This document shows positions 63,290 to 64,000 of a stretch of DNA of 64,000 nucleotides, piece after piece (the first letter of the stretch is position 1; every line of letters begins with the position of its first letter). Position numbers and translations under genes: made by a program. Source of the DNA: Escherichia coli (GTDB lineage: Bacteria; Pseudomonadota; Gammaproteobacteria; Enterobacterales; Enterobacteriaceae); NCBI RefSeq assembly GCF_044647545.1, contig NZ_CP172818.1, one strand, 5' to 3'. Below the pieces are notes generated by a model. The model did no database searches. It had not been told where the DNA came from and saw only the letters and a list, made by a program, of their open reading frames with translations.

Positions 63290-63976
63290 ATGCGTATAAC
63301 GATTATTCTGGTCGCACCCGCCAGAGCAGAAAATATTGGGGCAGCGGCGCGGGCAATGAAAACGATGGGGTTTAGCGATCTGCGGATTGTCGATAGTCAG
63401 GCACACCTGGAGCCAGCCACCCGCTGGGTCGCACATGGATCTGGTGATATTATTGATAATATTAAAGTTTTCCCGACACTGGCTGAATCGTTACACGATG
63501 TCGACTTCACTGTCGCCACCACTGCGCGCAGTCGGGCGAAATATCATTACTACGCCACGCCAGTTGAACTGGTGCCGCTGTTAGAGGAAAAATCTTCATG
63601 GATGAGCCATGCCGCGCTGGTGTTTGGTCGCGAAGATTCCGGGTTGACTAACGAAGAGTTAGCGTTGGCTGACGTTCTTACTGGTGTGCCGATGGTGGCA
63701 GATTATCCTTCGCTCAATCTTGGGCAGGCGGTGATGGTCTATTGCTATCAATTAGCAACATTAATACAACAACCGGCGAAAAGTGACACAACGGCAGACC
63801 AACATCAACTGCAAGCTTTACGCGAACGAGCCATGGCATTGCTGACGACTCTGGCAGTGGCAGATGACATAAAACTGGTCGACTGGTTACAACAACGCCT
63901 GGGGCTTTTAGAGCACCGAGACACGGCAATGTTGCACCGTTTGCTGCATGATATTGAAAAAAATATCACCAAATAA
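63290..63976 (+). CDS. lasT: SpoU/TrmH-family RNA methyltransferase LasT (YjtD)
   Basis: 228 aa from MRITIILVAPARAENIGAAARAMKTMGF. Confidence 0.85.
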   Translation: MRITIILVAPARAENIGAAARAMKTMGFSDLRIVDSQAHLEPATRWVAHGSGDIIDNIKVFPTLAESLHDVDFTVATTARSRAKYHYYATPVELVPLLEEKSSWMSHAALVFGREDSGLTNEELALADVLTGVPMVADYPSLNLGQAVMVYCYQLATLIQQPAKSDTTADQHQLQALRERAMALLTTLAVADDIKLVDWLQQRLGLLEHRDTAMLHRLLHDIEKNITK

Positions 63977-64000
63977 AAAACGCCTTAGTAAGTATTTTTC

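Overview
This window is the terminal region of an Escherichia coli chromosome (about 4.55-4.64 Mb in K-12 numbering). Gene calls were made by recognising the translated ORFs from memory; no database search was run. Gene order is: hypT (partial), iadA-yjiG-yjiH, kptA, yjiJ, yjiK, yjiL-yjiM, yjiN, mdtM, yjiA-yjiX-btsT, tsr, lgoT-lgoR-lgoD, opgB, yjjA, dnaT-dnaC, yjjP-yjjB, yjjQ-bglJ, fhuF, yjjZ, three tandem tRNA-Leu genes, rsmC, holD-rimI-yjjG-prfC, osmY, ytjA, yjjU-yjjV, yjjW-yjjI, deoCABD, lplA, smp, serB-radA-nadR, ettA, slt, trpR, yjjX, gpmB, rob, creABCD, arcA, yjjY and lasT. Almost everything is ordinary, well-known core genome, and I do not see a convincing undescribed biological system. 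The two most unusual stretches look non-biological: an ~850-bp block of near-pure G (10479-11335) sitting where the mcrBC-hsdRMS-mrr immigration-control region is expected, and an ~370-bp A/T homopolymer-rich block (50640-51010) between nadR and ettA, next to an orphan, degenerate HTH antitoxin-like ORF. Other differences from the K-12 arrangement as I recall it: yjjJ is absent between deoD and lplA, the yjjX stop codon is missing so the ORF reads antisense through trpR, tsr carries a 7-Gln tract, one tRNA-Leu copy has a variable-arm substitution, and yjjV reads into a REP array. A small DUF3343-like ORF is translationally coupled to yjiL.
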